Virus record (IMG/VR): IMGVR_UViG_3300047312_000104
Length of the DNA stretch: 64,000 nt
Reading direction: 5' to 3' (one strand)
Source: an uncultured virus (IMG/VR IMGVR_UViG_3300047312_000104)
Lineage: Duplodnaviria; Heunggongvirae; Uroviricota; Caudoviricetes
The notes beneath the pieces were generated by a model, which saw only the letters and a list, made by a program, of their open reading frames with translations, searched no databases and was not told the DNA's origin. Positions 20,763-31,200 of this stretch are shown one piece after another (the stretch's first letter is position 1; every line of letters starts with the position of its first letter). Made by a program: the position numbers and the translations under genes.

Positions 20763-22117
20763 TCTTCCGTACCCTTGGCCTGCCTGGCCCTCAAGAGGGT
20801 ATCGATCGGGACTCCGCCTTCTGACGCTAGATCTTGCCTAACCAGTGACTGGAGTTCGGCATCACCGAGGTTCGGGTTCGTTGAGCGAGCGCGGTTAAAC
20901 GCCTGGACCACATTCTGGATCGGGTGCTTGCCAATATACTCGTCACCGAGGAGCGATTCGATCTGGCCACGTCCAGCCGTGTTGGCTATCTCTTGCCGGG
21001 TGTGAAGCGAGATCGGGGTCTGGTTCGGCTGCTTGTACTCAGGAGCTTTCTCCCCGGGAGTATTGCCGGCTACTGAACCGTAAAAATCCACTGCCCCTTG
21101 GCCAGCTGCCCCACCGGAGCCGCTCGTTCCCGTCACCGCCCCGGGGATGGCCACGAGGTCGTCTGCCAACTGGGCTGCCATCGAAGGAGTGGCCAGTTTT
21201 GATAGCTGGGTTTCGATCTCGCCATAACGCTCATCGTAATAGCGGGCCTGGACCAGGTGGTCGGCCGCGCTCTTGAGCAAGCTCTCCACGTGGAGAGTCT
21301 CACGCACCAACTGGGCTTCACGCCGGTTGATCTCAAGGACTCCAGCGAGCTTCTCGCCTTCGGCCCGCTTGTGACCATATTTGGCCAGGTCAGCCTGGTC
21401 GAAGATCACTTCTAGGGTCGAATCAGCGCAGCCCTCATGGGCGCAGAGCTGTTCGATACGGGCGAACTTAGGAGCATCGGTACGGCGGAATTCGCCAGCC
21501 AGCTTCTCGATCGATTGGACTGCAAGATCACGAGCGCGGATGAACTCGGTTCTGGCATCATCCGCCATATGCCGGATCCGGCCGATCTTCTGATGGGCAT
21601 CGCGGCCAGGTGTGAACTCCACCGAACCGTCTGAGGCAACTTTTACCGACGCAGCCTTGATCGCGCAGAACGGCTCAGCGATCCCGCAGGCCTGACTGAA
21701 CACAGAAGCGTTGTCGACCACTGGAGCATCCAAGTAAACATTCAGGTCCTGGTTGGACCAGGCCGCCGCCTCTTTCTTCTTCTCCAGATCCGACTTCCGT
21801 TCCTTCTCCACGTCCTTTTCCTTACCCGGCACCACCTGGTCGGAATCATTCAGTTGCTGATTCACCACTTCGGCGTTGGTGAGCAGGAAAGGTCCGCCCT
21901 TCTCGTCAGCCTTTGAGTTGGTCAGGTGCGATAGGGTCTTGGAGTTATTAACAGCGTGGGAGACGAGGGTGACTTCCTTGGGGTTCAACCCGCCATCGTG
22001 AGCCACCTTCGACAAGGCGGCATCCGGCTTAGCCCCTGCGTTCATAAGACCGATGACTTGTTCGGCACACTTGTAAAGGTGGTCATGACGGTCGTCAGGC
22101 ATGAGCTTTAGAGTCAT
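20759..22117 (-). CDS. Putative internal head protein (K-x-A rich)
   Basis: 452 aa; YKCA, KEAA, IKAAS, VKVAS, EKLA, LKSAA, SKLA motifs. Confidence 0.5.
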   Translation of the reverse strand: MTLKLMPDDRHDHLYKCAEQVIGLMNAGAKPDAALSKVAHDGGLNPKEVTLVSHAVNNSKTLSHLTNSKADEKGGPFLLTNAEVVNQQLNDSDQVVPGKEKDVEKERKSDLEKKKEAAAWSNQDLNVYLDAPVVDNASVFSQACGIAEPFCAIKAASVKVASDGSVEFTPGRDAHQKIGRIRHMADDARTEFIRARDLAVQSIEKLAGEFRRTDAPKFARIEQLCAHEGCADSTLEVIFDQADLAKYGHKRAEGEKLAGVLEINRREAQLVRETLHVESLLKSAADHLVQARYYDERYGEIETQLSKLATPSMAAQLADDLVAIPGAVTGTSGSGGAAGQGAVDFYGSVAGNTPGEKAPEYKQPNQTPISLHTRQEIANTAGRGQIESLLGDEYIGKHPIQNVVQAFNRARSTNPNLGDAELQSLVRQDLASEGGVPIDTLLRARQAKGTEE

Positions 22118-22919
22118 CAGTAACCCCTGTCTGGACAGTATATTCGGCCACCCGAGGCTCTCGGGCAGGTAAGGTCAAATTAGCCGGATCCCGAGGGTCT
22201 ACAACCCGCATGGGGATGTTGGAGAGGAAGCTTATGACGGCTTGCCCGTATTCCTTCTCGGCTCCCGCGCCCCCCATCACCTCACTGATCTTCTTACTGG
22301 TATCGTCCATGAAGATCCGGATGAGCTCCATCTTGGTCTCATCCCCACCCTCGGTACAGCCGACCAGCAACAGGGACTTCTTGGCCATGATGTCCCGGAT
22401 ACTGTGGGCGACCTTCTTGACGATTTCGTCGTCGTACCGTCCAGTATAGTAGGCTTCGAACACCGGAGTGCCGCCCAGCCATGCCAATCGATGCATCTGG
22501 GCAATACGGTCCCGGGTGTTCATGGTCTGGTACAGGGCCCCCTGGAAGAGGTTTGCGACCACCCAGGCCGGGCTCCCCAGACGCGGCTTCACATCAAAAA
22601 ACAGGTCATGGTAAGACCTAACATCGTCTACCTCGCATCCCACCAGGGAGGCCGTGTAGGCGTAATCGGCGTCTGAGATCAACATTCCCTCGATGAAGAG
22701 ACGCTCGGCAGGCCTGTTGGTCTTTAGTTCGTATGCGGATTCAATGGAGGGCCATTGATCGGTAGGGCGACCTTGATCGGCAGCGCGCTTGAAATGGTAT
22801 CCGGCTAACGCGATGGGGTCGGCCGTAGCCAACCGGGCCAACGCTTGCGTCTGAGTATATTCAGTCGCATCGCTGGCCAGCGCCCACCGCCAGTCAACCC
22901 GGGCGGGGGCTAGGGCCAC
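22095..22919 (-). CDS. Hypothetical protein
   Basis: 274 aa helical ORF in head operon. Confidence 0.55.
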   Translation of the reverse strand: MALAPARVDWRWALASDATEYTQTQALARLATADPIALAGYHFKRAADQGRPTDQWPSIESAYELKTNRPAERLFIEGMLISDADYAYTASLVGCEVDDVRSYHDLFFDVKPRLGSPAWVVANLFQGALYQTMNTRDRIAQMHRLAWLGGTPVFEAYYTGRYDDEIVKKVAHSIRDIMAKKSLLLVGCTEGGDETKMELIRIFMDDTSKKISEVMGGAGAEKEYGQAVISFLSNIPMRVVDPRDPANLTLPAREPRVAEYTVQTGVTDDSKAHA

Positions 22920-22920
22920 G

Positions 22921-23109
22921 TTACGCCTTAGCCGAAGCCTTGACCCGGGCTTCCACTTCGGCGCGGAACAGCTGATACTCAGCTTCGGTCAGGCCGAGGT
23001 CCTGGGCGCACTTCATCAGACCGGCTTCGAACGCACACGCGGCATCGCGCTCGTCAACCGCTGCGATCTTCTGGAGGGCTTCGTCGTGGGCTTGCTTGGT
23101 AAAGGGCAT
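22921..23109 (-). CDS. Small K-x-A-motif protein
   Basis: 62 aa; FTKQA, QKIA, GLMKCA. Confidence 0.55.
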   Translation of the reverse strand: MPFTKQAHDEALQKIAAVDERDAACAFEAGLMKCAQDLGLTEAEYQLFRAEVEARVKASAKA

Positions 23110-23185
23110 CTGGGGATCCTAAAGGGGACAGTGGGGTCTAAGGGTTAAATTAGGGGTCAAGTGGGTGGCCGGCAAGGCGATAGGT

Positions 23186-23220
23186 AAGAAAAAGACCATC
23201 CCGGGCCGAAGCCCGGGTTG
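23186..23220 (-). terminator. Intrinsic terminator
   Basis: CCCGGGC-TTCG-GCCCGGG hairpin followed by ATGGTCTTTTTCTT, immediately after the stop at 23221. Confidence 0.7.
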
Positions 23221-25440
23221 TTAGCCATCCATGTTCGCGTTAAGGCCGAGACCGTAGTGGGATGGGTCGCCCGCGAGGGTCCGACGCTTCATGAACACAA
23301 CCAGCTGGCCGAGCGATTCGAAGGTCGACTTCAGGTTGTCCTGGAACTCCATCAAGTCATCCTTGCCGTACCGTTCCTCAAAGTCCTCGTAGTGCCAGTT
23401 GAGCACGAACAAGAGACGACCCAACCGGTCCATCCCTGAGACGATCGTGGGGAGGAAACGTTCCACCAGGTCGGTGGGGTTGTGGGACTTAACCAGCGAA
23501 CCAAGAACGGATGCGTCGAACACATCCTTCTGGCCCGTCTGGGCAGCGGTCTGGACTGCCTTGGCGGTATCTTGCCCCTTGGACTTCTCTGGCCCACCCT
23601 GACCGCCCTGGTCCTCATCCGACCCGCCCCCGAAAGGAGACTGGTAGGTGTAGTACTGGCGATTGCCTTCCGGGGTAGCCTTTTCGGTCAGCGAGAGTGG
23701 GATCTGACCCTGGTGGAACTGACCCATCTCTGACCCGTTGGTGGTATCCGGCATGTCCGGGAAACCCAACAGGTGGGCAGCCTGCTTAGCCAGTGACGGG
23801 TATTGGACGTAATAAACCGTCGCATCCCTGACCGCGTCGTCTACCACCATCCGGGCATCTTCGACCGAACAAGCGTGCTTACGGATCAAGTGCGCGATGG
23901 CATTCGGGGCCGTGATCTGGTGGGTCCCATCCTGGTCCCGGATGGTGATCTCGTGGCCGTCTGACCATACCTTGATCTGGCTAGCAGTCTTATCGAGCGC
24001 CACCCGAACAGTCTGGTGGTCACCGAAGTCTGACAGGTTGAACTTCTTGTCGGGGTCATACGACCCTTCGCTGTACCCATCAGAATTCTGCTTGGTACGA
24101 TTCAGGATCAGGGCCCGGAACCTGCGGTTATTCACCACAAGTTTATTAGCCAGATACCGGATAGCCCCGGAACCAGCGTCGGTCACGACCACTTCCTTGA
24201 CGCGCTCGCTTGGCTTCTTGTAACGCCACGGAGCTGGGCCGGTCAGATAATCCATCTTGGAGTATCCGCAGTGCTGGAGCGCTGACGACCCCAAGGCATC
24301 CAACCAGTACGAACAGTGGACCCCGAGGGTCTTCAGCTCGCCTTCGCTAGTCTCGGCCGAATCAATCTCGAACCCGAGGGTGCAATCGCCCGACTGGTTA
24401 CAGAACACCACACAGTCGTTAGGGCGCACCGCGCTAGGTTCGACCGACTCGCTCTTGAGTTTGTCATGGAACTCGGCCTTCTCGTGCTGCTGGATCGTCC
24501 AAATGTGATGGCTCGGCACAATCCCGTGTTTGCCCGATTCAGGGTCATAACACAGGAAAGAATCACCAGATAGGACATTGAAGCAGAAGAGAGTCTTGAT
24601 GTCGCCGTTCGACATCAGCACTTCGTACATTCCGCCGTGACCAGGATTCTGCATCGTCTCCTTGGTGCGGGTGGTGTAGACGATTGCCTTGTCGACATCG
24701 GGCCGGTTGTCAATCACGCCAACGCCGCCACGGACCAACTGTTCCTTCTCGGAATCAGACAAGGTCTCGGCGCCCGTCTGGGCGATATTGGAAATGATCG
24801 TCACCTTGTCGGCCTTAGCGGCCAACTTCGGAAGGGTGGTCTCGAACTCGGTCACGTCGTAGAAGCGCTGGACCGCCTCAGCTAGTTTGGGATGACGCTT
24901 GAGGTCGTCGAGGAAACCGCGGGCTACCTTGGGACCAAAGAGCGGCAGGAGATCGCTGAGGGACTCAGTTGGGTCCGAATCACGAGGGGCCGCCATGGTG
25001 CCGCAAAGATCGCTAGCATCCTTGGTAAACCCGAAGTTGCTTGAACCACCGGACGGGATGGTCCGAAGTCTGGTGTAGTTGGGTACTTGAGTACCCCTGT
25101 CCTGCTTCGACCGTGTATCCGTCTCACCAATTTGGTTTGGCCGGCGGTTGATCAACAGGTCGATCCACTCATCATCCAAAGGTGTAAAGAGGTCGGACTC
25201 TTCCGAGTAGATCGAATCGAGGCCTTTGATCTGACCATTGAGGAAGAAGCAGGGGACGTAGTAGAAGGACTCACCAATCTCACAACCGAAAATACCTACG
25301 CAGCGGGACCCGTCCTCGTCATTATCGATGATCTGGAAGCCTACCAAGTACTCCAGCAAAGCCGGGGCAGCGTCTCTCAGCCTGGAGTTGGCCAAATCCG
25401 AAAACGTCTTTTCCAGCGAAGTCTCGTCAGCGTCGGCCAC
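23221..25440 (-). CDS. Large multidomain head-associated protein (K-x-A motifs between domains)
   Basis: 739 aa; TKDAS, PKLAA, DKTAS, AKQAA motifs. Confidence 0.55.
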   Translation of the reverse strand: MADADETSLEKTFSDLANSRLRDAAPALLEYLVGFQIIDNDEDGSRCVGIFGCEIGESFYYVPCFFLNGQIKGLDSIYSEESDLFTPLDDEWIDLLINRRPNQIGETDTRSKQDRGTQVPNYTRLRTIPSGGSSNFGFTKDASDLCGTMAAPRDSDPTESLSDLLPLFGPKVARGFLDDLKRHPKLAEAVQRFYDVTEFETTLPKLAAKADKVTIISNIAQTGAETLSDSEKEQLVRGGVGVIDNRPDVDKAIVYTTRTKETMQNPGHGGMYEVLMSNGDIKTLFCFNVLSGDSFLCYDPESGKHGIVPSHHIWTIQQHEKAEFHDKLKSESVEPSAVRPNDCVVFCNQSGDCTLGFEIDSAETSEGELKTLGVHCSYWLDALGSSALQHCGYSKMDYLTGPAPWRYKKPSERVKEVVVTDAGSGAIRYLANKLVVNNRRFRALILNRTKQNSDGYSEGSYDPDKKFNLSDFGDHQTVRVALDKTASQIKVWSDGHEITIRDQDGTHQITAPNAIAHLIRKHACSVEDARMVVDDAVRDATVYYVQYPSLAKQAAHLLGFPDMPDTTNGSEMGQFHQGQIPLSLTEKATPEGNRQYYTYQSPFGGGSDEDQGGQGGPEKSKGQDTAKAVQTAAQTGQKDVFDASVLGSLVKSHNPTDLVERFLPTIVSGMDRLGRLLFVLNWHYEDFEERYGKDDLMEFQDNLKSTFESLGQLVVFMKRRTLAGDPSHYGLGLNANMDG

Positions 25441-25510
25441 TGGGCTACATCCTTAAGGGGGTCACGGTCAAATTTAGAGCCTCGGGGCCCCTTGTACAGC
25501 CAGGTAGGGC

Positions 25511-27397
25511 TTAGTCGGGATCCTGTGAACCATATGTTCCAGTGGTCCCCAGGCCCTTCCCGAACCCCTTCCCGCGGGCGAGCGCTGGGACGAAGCTGGT
25601 ACTGTTGGGATCACTGGTGGCACCCCTGGAGAGCGAATGCTGGAATGCCGAGCTCGAATAGAAGCCGGCCAAGGGTACTTGCCAGTCAGGATCCTGGTGG
25701 GTGGCCAGCAGCCCACGCTGGTGTACTGGCTCGAACCCGGGAGGTTCGGCGTGCGAGTACACATCAGCGATTCCGTGCTTATCGAGATGCTTTGCCACTT
25801 TCTTGGTTATCTTCGTCCCGACCCCGTAGTGGAGCCCTGGCTCTTCCATATACCGCCCAATCGAGTGTCTGACCGGCTGGAGGGTAGCGTCCTCGCGAGG
25901 CTTATACCCGTGGGTCAGCTGTCCATACCCAACGATATCGTCAGGAACGTGCTCCCCGATCCCGTTCGGGTCCTTCACCTGGGTCCAATTGAGGAGTCCT
26001 GCCACCACCGCTTCGAGGTTACGCCGGTGATGCGCTATTCCTGAGTTGTTTAGAGCTTCCCCGAGGAGTCCAAGGTAGACACGTCGCGCTTCCCCGATCC
26101 CGCGATGTTGAACGAGATCAGACGGGTGCGGGATCCCGTTGGTGAGGTCATCCCCTTGGTCAACTTGGTCACCAGGCTTCACGATGGGATCTAACCCGGC
26201 GTGAACGTAGTGCTTCTTTGACCCGATCGTGATATGGTGACCACCCTGGGGGGCTCTCTCGACACTCTTCACAACCCCCTGTTCGTCTGCGAGCGGTCCA
26301 GCCTCGGGGAAACTCTCTGGGGCTTCGATCAGCCGATTGATGTAATCGAATCCACTCCGGTCCGGCCCTTTGGCCTTAGCCATCAGGCTGTTGTGTTTCG
26401 ACGACAGCGATCCCTGGGAGAGCTTTTCACTAAGGGCCTGAGCGGCCGGGATCCCGATATTGTCGCCAATTCTCGAAAGATCGAAGCGATCTCTTCGGCC
26501 AGCCGCGAGTCTTGAAATCCCGCCGTCAGGAGTGGGCTCTGTGAGGGGCGAATGGATGACGATCTCATCGGTACCTTTCTCCCTAATTTGGCGCAGCATA
26601 TCCGGAGTGATGGTCTGGCCCGCTTTGAACGGGCCGGCGTCGGCTGCCAGCACCGCCCCGACATTGTCCTGATCCTTAGGGTCCACAGGGAGCCCCACGG
26701 GGAGCCGCGTAGGGTCCGGGGTATCCTTCGTGACAACAATCCGATGAGTGGCGTTGGCGAGCTTTTTCCCCATGAAACCAGCTTCACCGGTACTCAACTT
26801 CGTGTTGATGTCACCCTTGCGCTGTCCATATAACCCGGCCCAATACTCAACAGGATCCATCCCTTCGGCATAGCTATGGAAGAGTGGTACCGGCAGGACC
26901 TTACCGGTGTGGTCGGCTGTCAGGAGATCAGCACCCCGGAGAGAATTGTAATCGGACTTCTTACCGCGCGACCCGCTGATCAGCTGAAGGTAATAGGGGT
27001 TATTTTCCTTCTTGGCTTCCTCATACATCGCGTCTTGTAGTTTCGGACCAAGCGGCAATAGAGTATCGATGATCTGCTGATCCTTCTGATCCTGCGGGAT
27101 CTTGTCGTCCTCTATGATTTGTTGAACTCTCTTCCGCGCCTCACCAATCACTTGTTCCTTGGCTGGTGATTTAGCGAGCGCCGAAAGAGATACGGATGAA
27201 CCGGACGAATAGGCGGTTGAGCGCCCGATGTCGTTTAGCTTCTGGAGCGTTTCTTTGTATTGGTCCGGATGCTTCTCAGCCAACTGCTGGAGCAGACTGT
27301 GCATCCCCTGCTTATCGAAACGAAACCCCTCGTCGCGCCGGAGATCTTCCGGGAGAGCTTGGTTGATCAGCATGGTCCCGACGGTCGTGGTCCCCAC
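25511..27397 (-). CDS. rpoC: DNA-directed RNA polymerase beta' C-terminal part
   Basis: TTVG, SGSRG, SYAEG...YWAGLYGQRKGDINTKLSTGEAGFMGKKL (bridge helix), IGIPAAQALSEKLSQGSLSSKH (trigger loop), IAHHRRNLE, matching RpoC regions. Confidence 0.9.
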   Translation of the reverse strand: MGTTTVGTMLINQALPEDLRRDEGFRFDKQGMHSLLQQLAEKHPDQYKETLQKLNDIGRSTAYSSGSSVSLSALAKSPAKEQVIGEARKRVQQIIEDDKIPQDQKDQQIIDTLLPLGPKLQDAMYEEAKKENNPYYLQLISGSRGKKSDYNSLRGADLLTADHTGKVLPVPLFHSYAEGMDPVEYWAGLYGQRKGDINTKLSTGEAGFMGKKLANATHRIVVTKDTPDPTRLPVGLPVDPKDQDNVGAVLAADAGPFKAGQTITPDMLRQIREKGTDEIVIHSPLTEPTPDGGISRLAAGRRDRFDLSRIGDNIGIPAAQALSEKLSQGSLSSKHNSLMAKAKGPDRSGFDYINRLIEAPESFPEAGPLADEQGVVKSVERAPQGGHHITIGSKKHYVHAGLDPIVKPGDQVDQGDDLTNGIPHPSDLVQHRGIGEARRVYLGLLGEALNNSGIAHHRRNLEAVVAGLLNWTQVKDPNGIGEHVPDDIVGYGQLTHGYKPREDATLQPVRHSIGRYMEEPGLHYGVGTKITKKVAKHLDKHGIADVYSHAEPPGFEPVHQRGLLATHQDPDWQVPLAGFYSSSAFQHSLSRGATSDPNSTSFVPALARGKGFGKGLGTTGTYGSQDPD

Positions 27398-27400
27398 AGA

Positions 27401-27622
27401 TCACCTATGGTCCGCTATTTCGACCTTTTGAGCCGTAAGCCCGAGATGCAAATCTTGAACGACTTGTCCAAAATCATCGTGGGTAGCATCACTGTGGACC
27501 ACTATCCCGCCGTCCTGGTAAGTAACGGCCAACGGTACCCCGAGGTCATCACAGACCACCACCTGGGTACAGGGGAGAGTAAGGACCTTGCCAGTCGTCT
27601 TGTGGACGAACCGGATAAGCAT
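27401..27622 (-). CDS. Small hypothetical protein between RNAP genes
   Basis: 73 aa, coupled start/stop with neighbours. Confidence 0.5.
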   Translation of the reverse strand: MLIRFVHKTTGKVLTLPCTQVVVCDDLGVPLAVTYQDGGIVVHSDATHDDFGQVVQDLHLGLTAQKVEIADHR

Positions 27623-28230
27623 CAGGTTCCCAACAGGTCAGCCGCGTCCGACCCCATCTTGATCGGGCCGCCGGCCTGGACGGCAGACATGTCGCCAGGC
27701 AAACCAGTAACGGGGCCTGGAGCCTGGGAAGGGTCAGGGGCGCCAGCCCCTGCTCCCCCGGGTGCGCCTGCGCCACCCTTGGGCTTCTTTGACTTACCGT
27801 AGCTGTCCAGGGCCTTGTCGACGATCGCCATCACGGTACTGGCCTGGCCAGGGTTGACGGCTTCGGGCGGGGTACCGTCGAGCGCGTTAGGGGCAGGGGG
27901 AGGCTGGGTCGGATCCATTGGTGCCCCAGGAGGAGCTCCAGGAGGGGCCCCCATGGCACTTGGGTCGGGTGGCATTCCGCCCTGGGACGGGTCGGCCCCA
28001 GGGGGCATCTGGGAAGGATCCCCAGGAGGGGCTCCGGCAGCCGAAGGATCAACCGGCGGGGCGCCTGCGGTAGGATCGCTAGGCGGTCCACCAGGGACCC
28101 CAGCGGCTCCAGGCGGCATACCTGGCGGGAGTCCTTGACCACCAGTCGGGTCAGCGGGCGGTTGAGCGTCCTGCCCCTGGGGCTCCGGTGGGACGAAGGC
28201 GCGCTTGAGCAAACGTTCGAAATAGGTCAT
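27622..28230 (-). CDS. Pro/Gly-rich low-complexity protein
   Basis: LLKRAF N-terminus then PPxDP/GAPPG repeats. Confidence 0.55.
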   Translation of the reverse strand: MTYFERLLKRAFVPPEPQGQDAQPPADPTGGQGLPPGMPPGAAGVPGGPPSDPTAGAPPVDPSAAGAPPGDPSQMPPGADPSQGGMPPDPSAMGAPPGAPPGAPMDPTQPPPAPNALDGTPPEAVNPGQASTVMAIVDKALDSYGKSKKPKGGAGAPGGAGAGAPDPSQAPGPVTGLPGDMSAVQAGGPIKMGSDAADLLGT

Positions 28231-28265
28231 AAGGGTACCCTAACTTGGCCGGTAAAGCCAACAAC

Positions 28266-31200
28266 TCACTTGTCGGAGATGATTTGGACGGGATCGGACA
28301 CGCCAATTTCACCGCGGGTGTAGGCTGCCATGGCATCGCTAGCCGTAGCAAACACTCGGGTTGGCTTCTTGTGGTCCTTCTGGGATGCCGTGTACAAGCC
28401 GCCCAGGAACTCATTCGAAGGGGCGAGATGCACATCGAACGAATTAGCCGCCAGCAGATTCTTAGACGGGAACAGCTTGGCTTTTACCTCGTTCACGGCT
28501 TCCTTTGAAACCGGAACGTGTACCCCGATGGCGTCTCCATCGAAGTCAGCCCCGAGCCCCTTGGTAACGGCCTGTGATATCGAGATATCGGATTGCCCAC
28601 GGTTGATGTGGGCAATTCCACCCACGTAGTTGTATCGGTGGAGTTCCGGGGCTCGGTTGTACACAACCGGACGCTCGGACATCTCCGTCTCAAGAGCATG
28701 TTCGGCTTGCTTCGACTTATTCTTAACAGCCTTAACGGCATCAGCCGCGTGCATCCCACTACGGACAAGGCGAGCTATCACGAAAGGTCTGAACTGTTTC
28801 CACGCCATCTCTTCCGGGATCCCGATCGAATCCATATCCATGGCCGGGTCAACGGTGATCACAGAGCGGCCGATGGTGTCGACGGTGTTGCCGAGAACCT
28901 TGCGCTGGAAACGGCTGAACTTAGGCGAGTCCTTCACCCCAATGGCAAACCTAAGCATGCCACGAATTCCCTGTTCAGCGTGCTTGGGATCTACTGGGTC
29001 AGCCACGCCAGCCACTGCCTTGGCTGAGTTGTAGAGATTCAGGTACGCGTCCCCCGCGTTACCGAATTCCTTCTGATGTTCAGACCAGTTTTTAGAAGCT
29101 TCAAGGACATCGTGGTACAGGTAATTCGCATCATGGACCATGTCGACCCCACGGGCGCGCAGGACTGGTCTATACTTGGGAGGCAACAGAGGAAGTTTAG
29201 AAATCATCAACTCGTCTGGTTTAAGACCCTGGGTCTGGAGTCCGGTCAAATACCCAAGCTTCTTTATCGCAATATCGCGCCCAGCCCCGCTTAACCCCTT
29301 CACTTCCTGCTTGGTCTGCTCAATTGCCTTCCCGACGTCTATCCCTTTGAGGGCATGCTCGATCGCTTCAGGGCCAGTCTTGTCGCCAATCTTCTCTTGG
29401 CCAGCCAAGATAGATTCAAACTTCTTATTCGTAAGACCAAGTATCCGCACGATAGGGTCTTGCGCCAACGGGTTAGGGATCTTCACCGGAAGCTTTATTT
29501 TGCTCCAACGGGTTCCGTCTGCCCCGCCCGTCTTTCCAAGATCGAACAATCCATCCGGGACAGGCTTCATCGAATTGAAGTCAAACGTACCAGAATTGCC
29601 AATCTCGTGCTGGGCCATGGCGTCCACGTCACGATCGGTCATGAACGACAACTGGGTCTTGCCCTGCCCCTTATTTCGTATGTTTACTCCGGCTGCTCTG
29701 AGGAGATTCAAGAAATGCTTATTGGCGAAAGACTCATTTGGCGCCACCGGAGTCCCGCCGGTCTTGAGCGACCGCCAGTAATCGTCATTCCGCTGACCCC
29801 GGACCATCTTTGCGTCCTTGAGGAACTCGGTGGCTCCGCTGGAAAGCAACGATGTCAAACCAAGCATCCCAATCCGCTTCGATCCCTCTTTGCCACCCCT
29901 GGCCGGAGACTCGTCGACCGAATAGCCTCCGGTATCGCGGGCGCTCAACTTACCTTCTGCGGTATGGTGCAGCTTGGCCAGGTACTGGTGACCCGTAAAG
30001 ACTCCCGGGATCTTGCGCCCGTCCCTAGGATCCGTGAGGGTCTCGGTTTCCTTAACCCCGTGCTTACGAGCTTCAGCTAAAGCAAAGTCGGCTAACCCGC
30101 CCTTGTCTTCGAATGATTTCATCAAATACGGCTTGCCTGTTTTGGCCGCCACTTTGCCGAGCAGAGTCGAGGCCAATAGTCCCGGGTTAGACCGGGTGAT
30201 GACACCTGTGGGCCCTAACAGGACCTCAAGTGGCTTCCCTTCCTCGTCATGCGGCATCTGATCGTCCGGGACAATCGAGCTCACTACGCCCTTGTTCCCG
30301 TACGCTGAGGACATCTTGCTTCCGACCGTCATGGGCTCATAAGATTTAACCGCTACCTTGATGCCGGACCTGGTCCTGGCCACATCAGTCACGACCCCTG
30401 GCTGGGGGTGCTCCCAGACTTGGGTGGCGTCTGTGTGGGCTGACTTGTCCGACTTCATTAGAGCGCCAACGGCACGACCCTGCCGCTTCCCTATCGCGAC
30501 AATCAGTGGGTCCCCTGGGTTGATGGTCTGTCCAACCCTTACTACCCCATCGTCATCGAGCTTCTTAAATTGCTCAGGGGTATACTTATCCCCATAGATG
30601 GCCCTGTAGTCGGCCGTCTTTGTCGAGTGAATTTCCGGCCCTAATTCGAGCTTCTGTTTGTACTGATGCTCTGACGTCAACCGGTTAGCCGCGGATGAGC
30701 TGATGACAATCGCGTCCTCATAGGTGGCCCCGTGTCCACTCAAGTACCCAACCCGCATGTTGAGACCCGGGGCTGCCCGGCCGTGCTCGTCAGTAAAGTT
30801 AGACCTGGCCAACAATTGCCCAGGCTGGACCGGATCACCGATCTTAACCGCCGGAGTATTGTGGAGTGTGGTCTTACGAGCCAACGGGAAATTGTTGTAG
30901 AGCTGGTACTCTTTTTTCTCTCCGCCAGGATGCAAGACCGTGATGGAGTCAGGCGATACCCCGATCACTTGACCGGGCTTATCGGCATGGACTGCCCCGG
31001 CATGCTTCCCCATCTCATTGTAGAACGACTTACCTTCGCGGTCGACCGACTGGACCAGCGGGGCCTCGGGATTCTTGAGCGGCATCGACTGGGTGATCAT
31101 CCGACTACCCATGGCCAGCCGCTTGCTCTTCATCCCCTCTGGCATCGGAATCATGTTCGAGACGCGGGAGAACATGTGGGTCGAATCGGGGAGTTCGTAG

